From positions 11,086,831 through 11,150,830 of the forward strand of contig NC_057751.1 of the NCBI RefSeq assembly GCF_004010195.1: a stretch of 64,000 nucleotides of DNA, read 5' to 3'. This document shows, piece after piece, positions 1 through 12,253 of the stretch; the stretch's first letter is position 1; each line of letters opens with the position of its first letter. The notes below the pieces were generated by a model. The model searched no databases, was not told the origin of the DNA, and worked only from the letters and a program-made list of their open reading frames with translations. The DNA is from Chiloscyllium plagiosum (taxonomy: Eukaryota). The position numbers and the translations under genes are program-made.

Positions 1-45
1 GAGGAGCGGGAGAGTCAATAATTCAGGCATAAGCCCTTCATCAGG

Positions 46-350
46 CACTGATTAGGCCACAGCTGGAATATTGTAAACAGCTTTGGTCCACTGGTTGGGC
101 CTTTGAAGAATGAGAGGGAACCTTATTGAAACATATTCGATTTTTAGATTATTTAACAGGATGCAGAAAGATTATTTCCCTTGTGGGAGGGTCTAGTACC
201 AGAGGGCAGAATATTAAAATGAAAGCTCACCTCTTTAAGAGGGAGATGAGGATGAATTTTTTCTCTCAGAGGATAGTGAATCTATTGAATTCTGGATCAC
301 AGAGGGCTGTCTAAGTTGGATCACTAAGTAATATCAAGGCTGAGATAGGT
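46..350 (+). mobile_element. Decayed CR1 3' fragment
   Basis: STRGQNIK...EMRMNFFSQRIVNL motif. Confidence 0.75.
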
Positions 351-1399
351 AACATCTTCAGTCCAAAGATGTACAAATTCGGTGGTTGCTAAATTGTCCA
401 TTGTATCCAGGGATATGTAGACAAGATGGATTAGCCATGGGAAATGCAGGATTATAGGGATAAGGTAAGGGTATGGGTGTGCGTGGGATGCTCCTCAGAG
501 GGTCAGTGTGGACTCAATGGGCCAAATGGCCTGCTTCCACACTGTAGCGAATTCATGATTGTCAGAGCAGCTCCAATCTCATTGAATAGTAGAGGAGACT
601 TGATCGGCTGAATGGTCTAGTTCTGCTTTATGGCTAACAGTATTATTGTTTTTGAAGCCTTGAAAAATTGCACCAAGAACAGGGTTTGATTTGTATGCCA
701 GGTATAAAAGTGAACGACCAGTATGGGAGTTCAGCATTTTTGCTGTTTGCCTCTCAGCATCCTCTCTGTGTAGTTGTGTCTTAAATTTCTGTGCATTTTT
801 GCTTGCTTGATCCTTTGTACCCAGTTTACTGAAAAGGTACTGGCAAGTAAAATATCCTTTTGTGGCGTGAAAATTTGAGGCTGATGACTGGTGTACAATG
901 TTGTAGCTGTAAATAAAACAGTGGAGGATTGGCTCTGTCGAGGTATAAGCTATGTATTTGCAAAGCATTATTTCTGAGGCTGAATAAAATGGGGGTCATC
1001 ATGTTTACAAATTCTAACCAATCTGCTGATCACCCCACCCTTATTTTCCATCCACTTTTGGGATGTTGCTTGCTAAGCCTGCATTTATTGCCTACCCCTA
1101 ATTTCCAGAGGGCAGTTAACAGTCAACCACATTGCTGTGGGTATGGAGCAACATGTCGGCCAGACCAGATGAGGCTGACAGATTTCCTTCCCTAAAGGAC
1201 ATTAGGTAACCAAATGGGTTTTTCCTGACAGTCAGAAATGGATTCATGGTCATCATTGGACTCTTAATTCCAGATATTTATTGAATTCAAATTCCACCTC
1301 TGCCATGGTGGGATTTGAATTCAATAAATATCTGCCACAGAAATAAACTGTTGTTCTCTTTTAGAACTTGGAGCAAGAATTGGCTTTATAAAGGAATGA

Positions 1400-1525
1400 G
1401 GAGAAAGTGAGGACTGCAGATGCTGGAGATCAGAGCTGAAAATGTGTTGCTGGAAAAGCATAGCAGGTCAGGCAGCATCCAGGGAACAGGAGAATCGACG
1501 TTTCGGGCACAAGCCCTTCTTCAGG
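1400..1525 (-). mobile_element. 126-bp Penelope terminal-repeat insertion with hammerhead motif (family A)
   Basis: TSD AAGGAATGA at 1391-1399 and 1526-1534; minus strand CUGAAGA-A-GGGC(uugu)GCCC-GAAA-CGUCGA at 1524-1495. Confidence 0.85.
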
Positions 1526-2513
1526 AAGGAATGACATGGGTTATATTTCTTTCCAGGAAAAAAGGACAGGGTCACAACTAAAAGATTTTTTTTACTGTTT
1601 ACATTGTGTGCATCTGAACTTGGTCAAATGCAATGAATGCATGTGTAACTGCAGATGATATTCTTTCCTCACAGCGGAAACAACGTCTTCGCAACTCCAT
1701 CTCCCCTTAATATACCATTTGCCCATGCACTGCACATTGAAATTAGCAGACCATTTTCAACAACAAAGAAAATTTGGAGGGATTTTACTTACATAGCATA
1801 CCTTCAGTGTCTGAATCAAACTAACTCATGCTCTCCTCAAGTATTCATACCTTATAAAACAAAGTAATTTCATATTCTTTCAGAAATTCATTTGCCTTAA
1901 TGCTACCAATTTTGAATGCAAAATGCTAGGATCCTTATTTCAACAAGAACAGTAACAAATACTAACTTACTTTGACTGCTGAAGTTATTTAAAAAAAATT
2001 CACTGTGCCTTTTATGTATACAGCTGTTTGTTGAAGGTCCTTGATTACAAGCCTGCACAGGAAGTTTCTTGCATAAATTAGCAGACTGCAATATACCCTG
2101 TATTTTATTTGAATCATTAAATCAGTTACATACCTTTTGAATGCAGCACAATTGTTCCTTCGGACAGGTTTAATCTGAATTGGGAATTTGCCTGAACCAT
2201 TATACCATCGAGCTGAGTAAACAGAAAGACATCTTCTGTCACTGCGAAAATCATAATCCTTGGGTTTACATTGTTGGAAACTGAAATATGAACATCCTGT
2301 TACTGAACTCATGATATTTTTGTTTCACAGACGCTTTTTTGTCAGCTGTGGTTCAGTTGGCAGCACTTAAGACAGAGTCAGAAGATTATGTGTTCAAACC
2401 TCACTCCAGGAATTAAGCATAAGAAGCATGGCTAACACCCTAATGTTTACTGAGGGACTTTACCTGAGGTGCTGCCTTATGGAGAGACCCTGAACACTCA
2501 AGTTGATTAAAAA

Positions 2514-2622
2514 GCAGCACTCTGAAAACTAATGTTTTCAAATAAACCCAGTGACCTATAACTTGGTGTTGTGTGATTTTTGACTTTGTCCAACCCAGTC
2601 CAACACAGACCCCTCCACATCA
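2514..2622 (+). mobile_element. Truncated family-B Penelope terminal repeat nested in an older SINE
   Basis: TSD TGATTAAAAA at 2504-2513 and 2623-2632; the insertion begins inside the decayed hammerhead stem II. Confidence 0.65.
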
Positions 2623-2920
2623 TGATTAAAAAAAATCACATGGCACATTTTCCACAAGTGTTCTGAGCCAACTTTATCTCACAGTCAATATCCCCAAAAA
2701 CAAATAATCTGGACATTATAAACTGGAATGCTGACTTTGGTGATCCTACCTCTCCTCATCTCCTCTTGAAAGGAAATCACTTTGTCATTTTCCTGCCAAT
2801 CTTTGATTCCAATTTTTCCAGGACAGGAGAGGTCCGTGATCATCCTAACCGACCCCAATTAAGTATTATTACTGTAATGATTTGTGCTTTTCCCGACATG
2901 ATCAAAACCTCATGAAAATT

Positions 2921-4171
2921 GTCATGGTTGTGGGTTTGTTCGCCAAGTTGGGAAGCTTATTTGCAGATGCTTCATCCTTTGTCTAGGTGACATCTTTAGT
3001 ACTTTGGAGCCTCCTGTGAAGTGCTGCTGTACTGTGTCTTCTGGAATTCATTTGGTTCAATTTCTCTGTTTCCGATTGCTGGTTTTGGTTGTTCGTTGTA
3101 GTTGGGTCTCGGTCAATGTGCTTGTTGATGGAGTCTGTGGCCTGAGTGCCATGTTTGAGAAATTTGTGCAGATTCTGCATGGAACCCTGTAAATTATGTT
3201 AGTCTTGCACACGATGGGTATAGGATTTTTTGTCCTGGTGAATTGTTTGAGTGTGACTGTCGGTTTATGGGCTGTCATGAACCTGAGTGATCGGAGAAGT
3301 GTGTCTGTCAGTTCTGAGACTTTTTTTATATAAGATAGTGTGGCTCGTGAGTTTGGTCGTGGCATGTCCTCATCGCGTTGTTTGTCTGTTAGGCATCTGT
3401 GGATGAAGTTGCGGATATATCCATTCTTGATGAATACTTTGTGGAGGTGTTCTTCTTCCTTTCATAGGTCGGGAGCGCTGCCGTGTGTTGTAGCCCTTTT
3501 GAACAGTGTCCTCATGCAGCTTCTCTTGTGTGTGTTTGGGTGGTTGCTGTTGTAATTCAGGACCAGCTCTGACCACTCGGATTCGTGACAGCCCATAATC
3601 TGACAGTCACACTCAGACAACTACTCACCAGGACAAAAGACCCTGTACCCATCATGTGCAAGACTAATGTAATTTACAGGATTCCATACAAAGACTGCAG
3701 AAAACATTATAAAGGGCAAACAGGCAGACAACTAGCAATCCGCATCCACGAACACCAACTAGCCACTAAATGCCATGAACAGCTGTCCCTCGTAGCCATA
3801 CTCACAGATGACAAGGACCACAAACTTGACTGGGCCAACACAACAATCACAGAACAAGCTAAACATTAGACAGCCAGAGAATTTCTGGAAGCATGGCACT
3901 CAGCCACGGACTCCACCAACAGCACATTGACCGAGTCCCAATAATACCAGATACTACAATGAACAACTGGAACTGGCAACCAGAAGCAGCAGAAATGGAA
4001 CCAAATAAATTCCAGAAGAGACAGTACAGCAACGCTTCACAGGAGGCTCCAAAGCACTAAAGATGCTAGACAGGGGACAAAACATCTGCAAATCAACTTC
4101 ACAGTTCAGCGAACAAACCCAAAACCATGACAACCGGCACCTGAGCTGCAAATCTTTACGGAAACCTTCAG
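2921..4171. mobile_element. Penelope-like element with 5' inversion (family C)
   Basis: The minus arm (about 2921-3575) encodes the RT C-terminal region (LNYNSNHPNTHKRSCMRTLFKRA...NGY). The plus arm (about 3580-4171) encodes a GIY-YIG endonuclease (NVIYRIPYKDCRKHYKGQTGRQLAIRIHEH). TSD CCTCAT(G/A)AAAATT at 2908-2920 and 4172-4184; degenerate hammerhead at 4054-4089. Confidence 0.9.
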
Positions 4172-4218
4172 CCTCATAAAAATTCTCCTGGATGTTCTTC
4201 AGAAACAGTTACTGCTCT

Positions 4219-7200
4219 GAATTGAATTGAATTGAACTTATTGTCATGTGTACCGAGGCACAGTGAAAAGCTTTGTCTTGCGAGCAATACATAGTTAGGT
4301 ACATAGATGGTAAACAGCGGCAAAAACAAAAACACAGGTGCAGGCAAATATTAAGAGTTTGTGAGCCCATTCAGTATTCTAACAATAGTAGGGGAGAAAC
4401 TGTTTTGAAACTGGCTGGTCCATGTGTTCAGGCTTCTGTACCTTCTCTTCAATGATAGAGGTTGCCAGGGTGGGATGGATCTTTGAGAATGCTGGCAGCC
4501 TTTCCTTGACAGCGGGCCTGGTAAATGGATTCTATAGATGGGAGGTTGGCCTTTGTGATTGTCCGGGCCAATCTCTGTAACCATCTCCGATCTTGAATGG
4601 TACTGTTGCGATACCAAGTCGTGATACATCCAGACAGAATGCTCTCGATGGCACACCTATAAAAGTTGACAAAGGTATTGCTGTCATGCCAAATTTCCTC
4701 AGCTGCCTGAGGAAGAAGAGATGTTGTTGGGCCTTTGTAACCAGTGTGTCCACATGAAGAGTTCAAGAAAGCTTATTGTAGATGACCACTCTCAGGAGCT
4801 TGACACTCTCCACTTGTTCCACCTCTGTGCTGTTGATGTGTAGGGGGACATGAGTAACATCCCGCCGAAAGTCAATAATGAGTTCCTTGGTTTTGCCGGC
4901 ATTGAGAGCTAGGTTGTTCTCAGTGCACCATTTTTCCAGGTCTTCCACCTCCCGTCTGTAGTCTGTTCGTTGCCATCGGAGATTTGATCGACAATGGTGG
5001 TGTCATCAGTGAACTTGTAAATGGCATTAGTCTGATATAGGGCGACGCAGTCATGGATATACAGTGAGTACAGTAGGGGGCTGAGTATGCACCCCTGGGG
5101 GGGGGTCCAGTGTTGAGTATGAGTGAGGATGAAATATTATCCCCAATCTTCATTGATTGTGGCCAGTGGGTCAGGAAACTGAGGATCCAGTTGCAGAAGA
5201 GAGGTTTAATCTGAGATCACTAAGTTTAGTAATCAGTCTCAAAGGGATAGTAGTGTTAAATGCCGAACTGTAGTCAATGAGTAGGATTCTTACATTGCTG
5301 TTCTTGGTGTCAAGATGCTGTAGGGAGGAGTGAAGGACAAGTGATATGGCATCTGACTTGGATCTGTTGGTCCAATAGGCAAATTGGAGCGGGTCAAGAG
5401 TAGTAGGGAGGCTGGAGTTGATTAATGCCATGACCAGATTTTCAAAGCACTTCATGATCACTGAAGTTAGGGCCACTGGGCGGTAGTCATTGAGCCATGC
5501 TGCATGAGCCTTCTTAGGCACAGGGATGATGTTAGCCCTCTTGAAACAGGCAGGGACACTGGCCTGCTGCAAGGAGAGGTGTAAGATGTCTGAGGAGACC
5601 TCTGCCAGTTGATCTGCGCATGCTCTGAGTGCATGGCCTTGTGCTCCCTGTGGTCCCATCGCTTTCCTTGGATTCACACGAAGGAAAATTGACCTGACCT
5701 CTGATGCAGTGACTGTTGGGATAGGTTCGTAAGGACTTGTCAGAATAGATGTTACCTCACTGCTAAAATTCAGCTCAAAGTGAGCATAGAAGGTGTTGAG
5801 ACGATCTGGGAGGGATGTGTCATCATCTGCTATCTAGGACTGCCTCTTTTTAGAACCTGTGCAGATTACTACCTAAATAGAGTCAAGCTAGGTAAAGGGG
5901 CAGTACAAAGAGTTCTGGGTGTTCTTGTACACCAATCAATGAAGGCCAGCATGCACAGCAGGTCGTGAAGAAAGCTAATAGCATGCTGGCCTTCATAACA
6001 AGAGGGATTGAGTATAGAAGCAAAGAGGTTCTTCTGCAGCTGTACAGGGCCCTGGTGAGACCGCACTTGGAATATTATGTGCAGTTCTGGTCTCCAAATT
6101 TGAGGAGAGACATTCTGGCTATTGAGGGAGTGCATTTCGGCTGATGGGTGAGTGCCGAACCAGAGGACACAGCTTAAAAATACGGGGTAGACCATTTAGG
6201 ACAGAGATGAGGAGAAACTTCTTCACCCAGAGAGTGTGTGGAATGCTCTGCCCCAGAAGGCAGTGGAGGCCCAGTCTCTGGATTAATTTAAGAAAGAGTT
6301 GGATAGAGCTCTCAAGGCTAGTGGAATCAAGAGTTATGGAGATAAGGCAGGAACAGGATGCTGATTGAGGATGATCAGCCATGATCATAATGAATGGTGG
6401 TGCAGGCTCGAAGGGCAGAATGGCCTACTTTTGCACCTATTGTCTATTGTCTGTGATGTCATTCAGTCCTTGCGAAAGTCACCGCGTATCTGTCTGAGTC
6501 TCTAGTTTGGATCAGTATTGGTCCTTGGCTGACTTAATGGCTCTGTGAAAGTCATACTTGGATTCCTTATATTTGAGTGGGTCTCCTAACCTCGAGGCCT
6601 CATGCCTGGTTTTTGCAGGTTCTGTATGTCCTGATTCATCCAGGATTTCCTGTTGGGGAACAACTGGATTGATTTCCTCGGTATGCAGTTCTCCACACAC
6701 TTACTGATAAAGTCTGTGATGGTGGTGGGTTACTTGTCCAAAGAACCTGTGGACTATTTGAACATGGCCCAATCAGCCGATTCTAGACAGCACCCGAATT
6801 GATCCTCTGCCTCCTCCGACCAGCACTGGACCTGTATCTGTGAGGGTGTCTCCTGCTTGAGATTTTGACTGTAAGCCGGGCGAAGAAACACAGCATTGCG
6901 GTCAGAGTTCCCGTAATGAGGGCGGGGGATGGAGCATCTTTCATGGTGGTGTAGTAGTGGTCTAAAATATTCAGGCCCCTGGTGGGGCAGGTAACGTTCT
7001 GTTGGTACTTGGGCAACACCTTACTTAGATTAGCTTTATTGAAGTCACCAGTTACAATAAACAGGGCCTCAGGGTGTTCTGTCGCCAGAGTGTTAACGGT
7101 GGAGTACAGCACATCCAGAGCTTCCTCAACCTTTCCTTGTGGCGGTATGTACACAACAGTTAGTATAGCAGTGGTAAGTTCATGTGGTAGATAGAAGGGG

Positions 7201-7232
7201 CGGCATTTGATGGTAAGGAATTCAAGGTTTGG
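4219..7232 (-). mobile_element. Rex1/Babar-type LINE (APE + RT, frameshifted), interrupted by CR1
   Basis: APE motif FIVTGDFNKANL; RT motifs LNDYRPVALTSVIMKCFE, LDPLQFAY, IDYSSAFNT; C-terminal KAQQHLFFLRQLRKF and FYRCAIESIL. (TCAAT)n 3' tail at 4219-4236; TSD CTGCTCT at 4212-4218 and 7233-7239. Confidence 0.88.
5862..6450 (+). mobile_element. CR1 LINE 3' fragment nested in Rex1
   Basis: RPHLEY/QFWSP and TRGHSLK...RRNFFTQRV motifs; CTATTGT tail; TSD CTGTG at 5857-5861 and 6451-6455. Confidence 0.9.
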
Positions 7233-8969
7233 CTGCTCTCAGCCTTTAAACAGTTCCTAACCCAGTGTAGATTAGGATAATTAAATGCATTACTCTAGAC
7301 TTGTTGCATCATCTCAAGAAGTTTCCTAAAATTTTGATCTGGCATATCTTTTGCAGCATTTGATGATCTACAAAATTGTGTAGTAGCATCTGGACTCTCC
7401 TAACTAACCAAATCAATTTTTTCCTCATTCTTTCAGTACTGTGATATTATCTTCAGTCAATACTGGAAATTGTTCTCATTGACTTCCCTCCCTCCAACAC
7501 TTAGTACCTCACAAGATTTAGGCCTAGGCCCATTTCTGAGCCATGATTATTAAAATACGGTATTTCCTTGTGGGTTATATGCATCTGCTGGTCACTGACC
7601 TTAATTACCATACTAAGCATTTTTATGGAAAAGCCAATTTTGAATTCATTGCATTCCATTTATTTTTAATCTTTCATGGAGTGTGTGCATCACGGACAAG
7701 ACCAGCGTTTATTGTCCTTCCCTTATGGCCCTTGAGAAAGTGTTAGTAGTCGCTTTCTTATGCTGGCACTGCTGTAGGTCAGTCGAAGATTATTTTTCAC
7801 TCAAGTGAAATATGTCTTCACTTATACATACACACATACAACCAATGCTCAATATCAGAAATAAAAAAAAATCTTAGACAAACTCAGTAGATCTGGCAGC
7901 ATCTGTAGAGAGAGAAACAGAGTCAAGTTCAGTGTCAATCTTCTTCAGAAGAAACCTGTGAAACCATGAGGGGAGGTGGGAGCAGATGTGTGGAACAAAA
8001 CTTGCAGAGGAAATTCGAACCTGAGAATGGAAACCAAAGGCTGAGGAGAAAATGCATTTCTTGAATATGGTTGTTATAGACACTGCTGCTTTATGCAGTA
8101 TATTGTCTGAAGCACAATCACTTGAGATGTACACACAACTGGAAAGTTCAGAAAGAAATAAAGGAGAAAGAAAACTTGGTATGAACAAAAGATTGTTTTT
8201 ATACTGTTTGCAGAAAAGTATCAAATAATCTGAAACATGAATTAAGTAACTAAATTAACTCCAGCTATAAGCATTGCTTTTTAGATATGATTTATTGCAA
8301 CTTCTCTGATTTACAGAAAGCTGTGATGCATAGATTTCCATTAAATCTACTGAAAGACCAGAAGGCAACACAAAAGTAGTTCAGTTATTTGAAGACGCAC
8401 CACTAATCCACAAAAAGTAACATTACCTGGGACTACTTACAAGACAATTTACCATTGTTAATAAGCATTTTAAAAGATACACGACTGCAGCATCGAAGAC
8501 AGTCATAATAGGGAAAAGCTATGATTGAAAAACAGATAAACCAGTTATATAAGGGCTATTATAATAGATTGTGAACACAAGAAACACAACATCGGACTTC
8601 ACTCAGGTCCAAGTCCTGTTTGTTATGTTGGTCAAATTTGGAAATGAGGCTTGATCATAAATTTTGGACGAGAGAGAGGTACAAGTGCTAAAACAAGTGA
8701 AAAGGCAACCAACGAAAATTCTGCAAGTTATAAGCAGGTGAGACAACATGTGTGAAGTGAGAAACAGTTAATGCTTCAGTTGAATGAACTTCTGGAACAA
8801 CGTTGTGATAGGGGGAAGGGATAAGTTAACTTTATGCACTTGGAGCAGCGAGCCTGGAGAAGAGGCCTTGCAACTGACTTTGGAACTAAGATTGACTATA
8901 AATCGTGAAAATAGCGTGGGCAGGTGTTGTATACTAATACGATGGTCAAAGAAATCAGAGACTCTTCGC

Positions 8970-9700
8970 TCTTGCCAATTCTTTCACGGAACTGCAAAAA
9001 GGATATTGGCCAGTTCGGAATGAACGCAAACAAACGTCCAGGGCCGAGAAAAATAAGTGTTGAAAGGCTCGCACACGGTTGAACCCAAACATACCGCTTT
9101 CCTCTTATAGTTTCAGAGACATTGGACATGTCCGTCCTTGACCTGGACCCCGTCGTCCAGGTGGCCCGGCAGCTCAGCTGGTCCCGCCCACCCTTTCCCC
9201 GCGTACCATTGGCCCGGAGGCCCATCAATCTGGGTTTCCGGCCTTGCCGTTGGTGCGTCCGGCCATCAATCGCAGTTGAGAGGCGGCGCTGCGAGCCAAG
9301 GCCGCTCGACGGTTTGACAGTTGGTGACCCCCCCGTGACCCCCTCCCACCCCACTCCATTGAAGAAGAACCGTTAAATCTCGAGGCCGGCGGTTACGGGG
9401 TGCCGCCGGCCGCGCTACGGTGGCGAGGCTGCTTCTGTAAAGGACCGATTCCCTCGACCCTACCCGACCTCACAAAACCCCCTCACCCGGGACCCCAAAC
9501 TCCCCCCTCGCACCGGTGCAGTGGGAGGGAAAATGGGTGACACCGGCGCAACCCACGGACCCGGTGAGTGTGCGGCGGAACGACGATGGAGAAGCGACGA
9601 GCTGCGGCCTACGGAAGTGCACCCACCCCAACGCGCGGATAAAGGGGAAGCTTGGTGTTTCCATGGAAACGGGCCTGGCGGTGGGATGCTGCCCTTCCCC
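8970..9700. promoter_or_regulatory. CpG island / probable bidirectional promoter
   Basis: The only CpG-dense, GC-rich block in the window. CCAAT/ATTGG at 8975, 9005, 9121 and 9208; GC box CCCGCCC at 9183; ETS motif CGGAAGTG at 9612; splice donors point outward on both strands. Confidence 0.8.
9400..9563 (+). other. LETM2: Probable LETM2 exon 1 (5' boundary approximate)
   Basis: Consensus donor CCG|gtgagt at 9563/9564 inside the CpG island, upstream of the acceptor at 20655. Confidence 0.6.
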
Positions 9701-10034
9701 CATTCCCACTCATGCTGCTGCAGCTCTTCCAAGACAAGTACCAAATGACGCAATCTCTTGAGTGCAATACCACTTTCAGCATCACACTGCAGCCCTGGGC
9801 TTCCCCTCATCTGAGAGGACAACCAGTCAGTCAGGCAAATTGATGGTTCGGTTTGATGGTGCATCAAATTTTGGGTCAATGGTGCACTTCAGCTGCACCG
9901 TATCTAGTCTTAATGGAACGGATATGCAACTCCTGATCAGACTATTACCGAAGAGGTTACAACCGTACAACTACAAAAATAATTATTCAGGTCAGAAGGG
10001 GGCCATTGGGCCCATCTTGTCCATGCCAACCAAA

Positions 10035-10420
10035 GTCATAGAGTCATAGAGATGTACAGCATGGAAACAGACCCTTCAGTCCAACCCGTCCATGCCAACC
10101 AGATTTCCCAACCCAATCAGCCCCATCTGCCAGCACCCGGCCCATATCCCTCCAAACCCTTCCTATTCATAGACCCATCCAGATGGATTTTAAATGTTGC
10201 AATTGTACCAGCCACCATCACATCCTCTGGCAGCTCATTCCATACATGTACCACCCTCTGTGTGAAAAGGTTGCCCCTCAGGTCTCTTTTATATCTTTCC
10301 CCTCTCACCCTAAACCTATGCCCTCTAGTTCTGAACTCCCCCAACCCAGGGAAAAGACTTTGTCTATTTATCTTATCTATGCCCCTCATAATTTTGTAAA
10401 CCTCTATAAGGTCACCCCTC
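10035..10420 (-). mobile_element. Young CR1 (HER1-like) 3' end
   Basis: LRGDLIEVYKIMRGID...TRGHRFRVRGERYKRDLRGNLFTQRVVHVWNELP; (CTATGACT)n-type tail; closely similar to 56257-56530 and 56975-57410. Confidence 0.92.
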
Positions 10421-10424
10421 AGAT

Positions 10425-12050
10425 TTCCTTTCTGGTCCTGTCTTCCCACACACAGGCACCAAAGTCCTGCAGCTGACCAACCAGGTGCTTTTAAAAAAAG
10501 TGTGAGGGTCTTTGCCTTCAGCAGTAACTCAGGCAGCGAATTCCTGATACCCATCACTCCCTGCAGTTTTTCCTCACGTCTCGTCTTATCCTTCTGCCAG
10601 TAGCTTGCATCTCTGACCCCCTGGTTTTCAAACTCTCTGCCAAGAGAAATGGGTTCCTCCTGCCTTCTCTCTCTCTACACCTCACAATTTTGTCGACTTC
10701 CATCATGTCACCCCTCAGCTTTCTCTATCCAAGGAAACCAACCCCAAGCTCTCCAACCTCTCCTCATTGCAACACTTCTTCAGTTCAGGCAACATTCTAC
10801 CAAGACTTCTTTGCACTTTCTCCAGAGCAATTCCATCCTTCCTGTAATATGGTGACCAGAACCGCACACAATACTCCAATTGTGGCCTCACTAGTATCTC
10901 ATAATTTCATCATTATATCCCTACTATTGTATTCTGTACCTCTGCCAACAAATGAGTGCATTCTTTATGTCTTTTTTCCAATCTTATCTACCTGTACTGC
11001 TACATTTAGGGACCTGTGTATTTGCATACCAAGATCTCTCATTTCAACTTCACCTCTCAGTATATTACCTTTTATTGTATGTTCCCTTTTCCTGTTTGAT
11101 CTCCCTAAATGCAATATCTCACACTTATAAGACCACAAGACATAGGAGCAGAAATTAGGCCATTGAGCCCATCAGGTCTGCTCCACCATTCAATCATGGC
11201 TGATGAGTTTCTCACCCCCATTCTCCCATTTTCTCCCCATAACCTTTGATCCGCATGACCACCAAGAACCTATCTATTTCCACCTTAAATACACTCAATC
11301 ACTTCTGTGGCACTGAATTCTATAGATTCACCACTCTCTGATGAAAAAAAAGTTTCCTCTTATCTATGTTACAAAAGGTCTTCTGTTTACTCCAAGGCTG
11401 TGCCCTCAGGACCTCATCTCTTCTACCAATGGAAACATCTTCCATCTCTGTTCAGGTCATTAAGTATTCTGTAAGTTTCAATTAGATCCCCCTTAATCTT
11501 TCTAAACTCCTTCAAGTTGAACTCCATCTGCCACTTTCCTGCCCATCCATCAACCCATCTATATTATTTTGGAGCTTACAGATGTCCTCTGCACTATCCA
11601 CAACATGGCCAATTTTTGTGTCTGCAAATTTCCAAATTGTGCCTCCCATGTTCAAGTCCAAATCATTAATGTACAAAACCAACAGCAGGAGTCCAAATAC
11701 TGAGCCCTGTGGAACATCAAATGAAACAGCTTTCTGTTCACAAAGGCGGTCATCGACTATTACCCTTCGTTTCCTGTTACTAAGCCAATTTGGGAGCCAA
11801 TTTGACACATTACCCTGTCCTCCATGGCATTTACGTTTTCTACCCTGTGGAACAATCTGCCCTGTGGGACATTGTGAAACAGCTTAGTAAAATCTTCAAT
11901 GTAGACAACATCTACTGCACTCCCCTCTTTGATTCTTATCACTTTCTCAAATAATTCAATCAAATTTGAAAGGCATGACATTCCCTTAAGAAAACCATGT
12001 TGACTATCTGTGACTAGTCCATGCCTTTTTAAGTAAATGTTATTGTATTC
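10425..12050 (-). mobile_element. Older CR1 RT fragment with a nested CR1 3' end (about 11127-11511)
   Basis: SQHGFLKGMSCLSNL, VPQGSVFG and KFADTKIG motifs. Confidence 0.85.
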
Positions 12051-12228
12051 CAGCGAGACTGTCCCAACTGACACAGTGCAGCTGAAGTGCACCATCAAAC
12101 CAAGTCTTCAGACAGCCATTCAGTCTCCCAGTTGGCACAAGATTTAAATTCCTTGTCTCCAAACACCAGTGTGACTATGTCAGTGGTGCTGCCGAATGTA
12201 TTTCTCGGTTGACTGGAATAGTCCTTGA

Positions 12229-12253
12229 GGTAAAAACAATGACTGCAGATGCT
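12229..12253 (-). mobile_element. 25-bp micro-insertion of the Penelope 3' tip
   Basis: GGTAAAAACAATGACTGCAGATGCT, identical to 34513-34537, flanked by a 13-bp TSD GAATAGTCCTTGA (12216-12228, 12254-12266). Confidence 0.85.

Noticed and set aside
9450..9510. C-tracts implying a minus-strand G-quadruplex
   Set aside because: Common in CpG-island promoters and not distinguishable from base composition without data.
8784..9879. Several overlapping 60-150 aa ORFs
   Set aside because: Expected in GC-rich CpG-island DNA with few stop codons; no recognisable domains.
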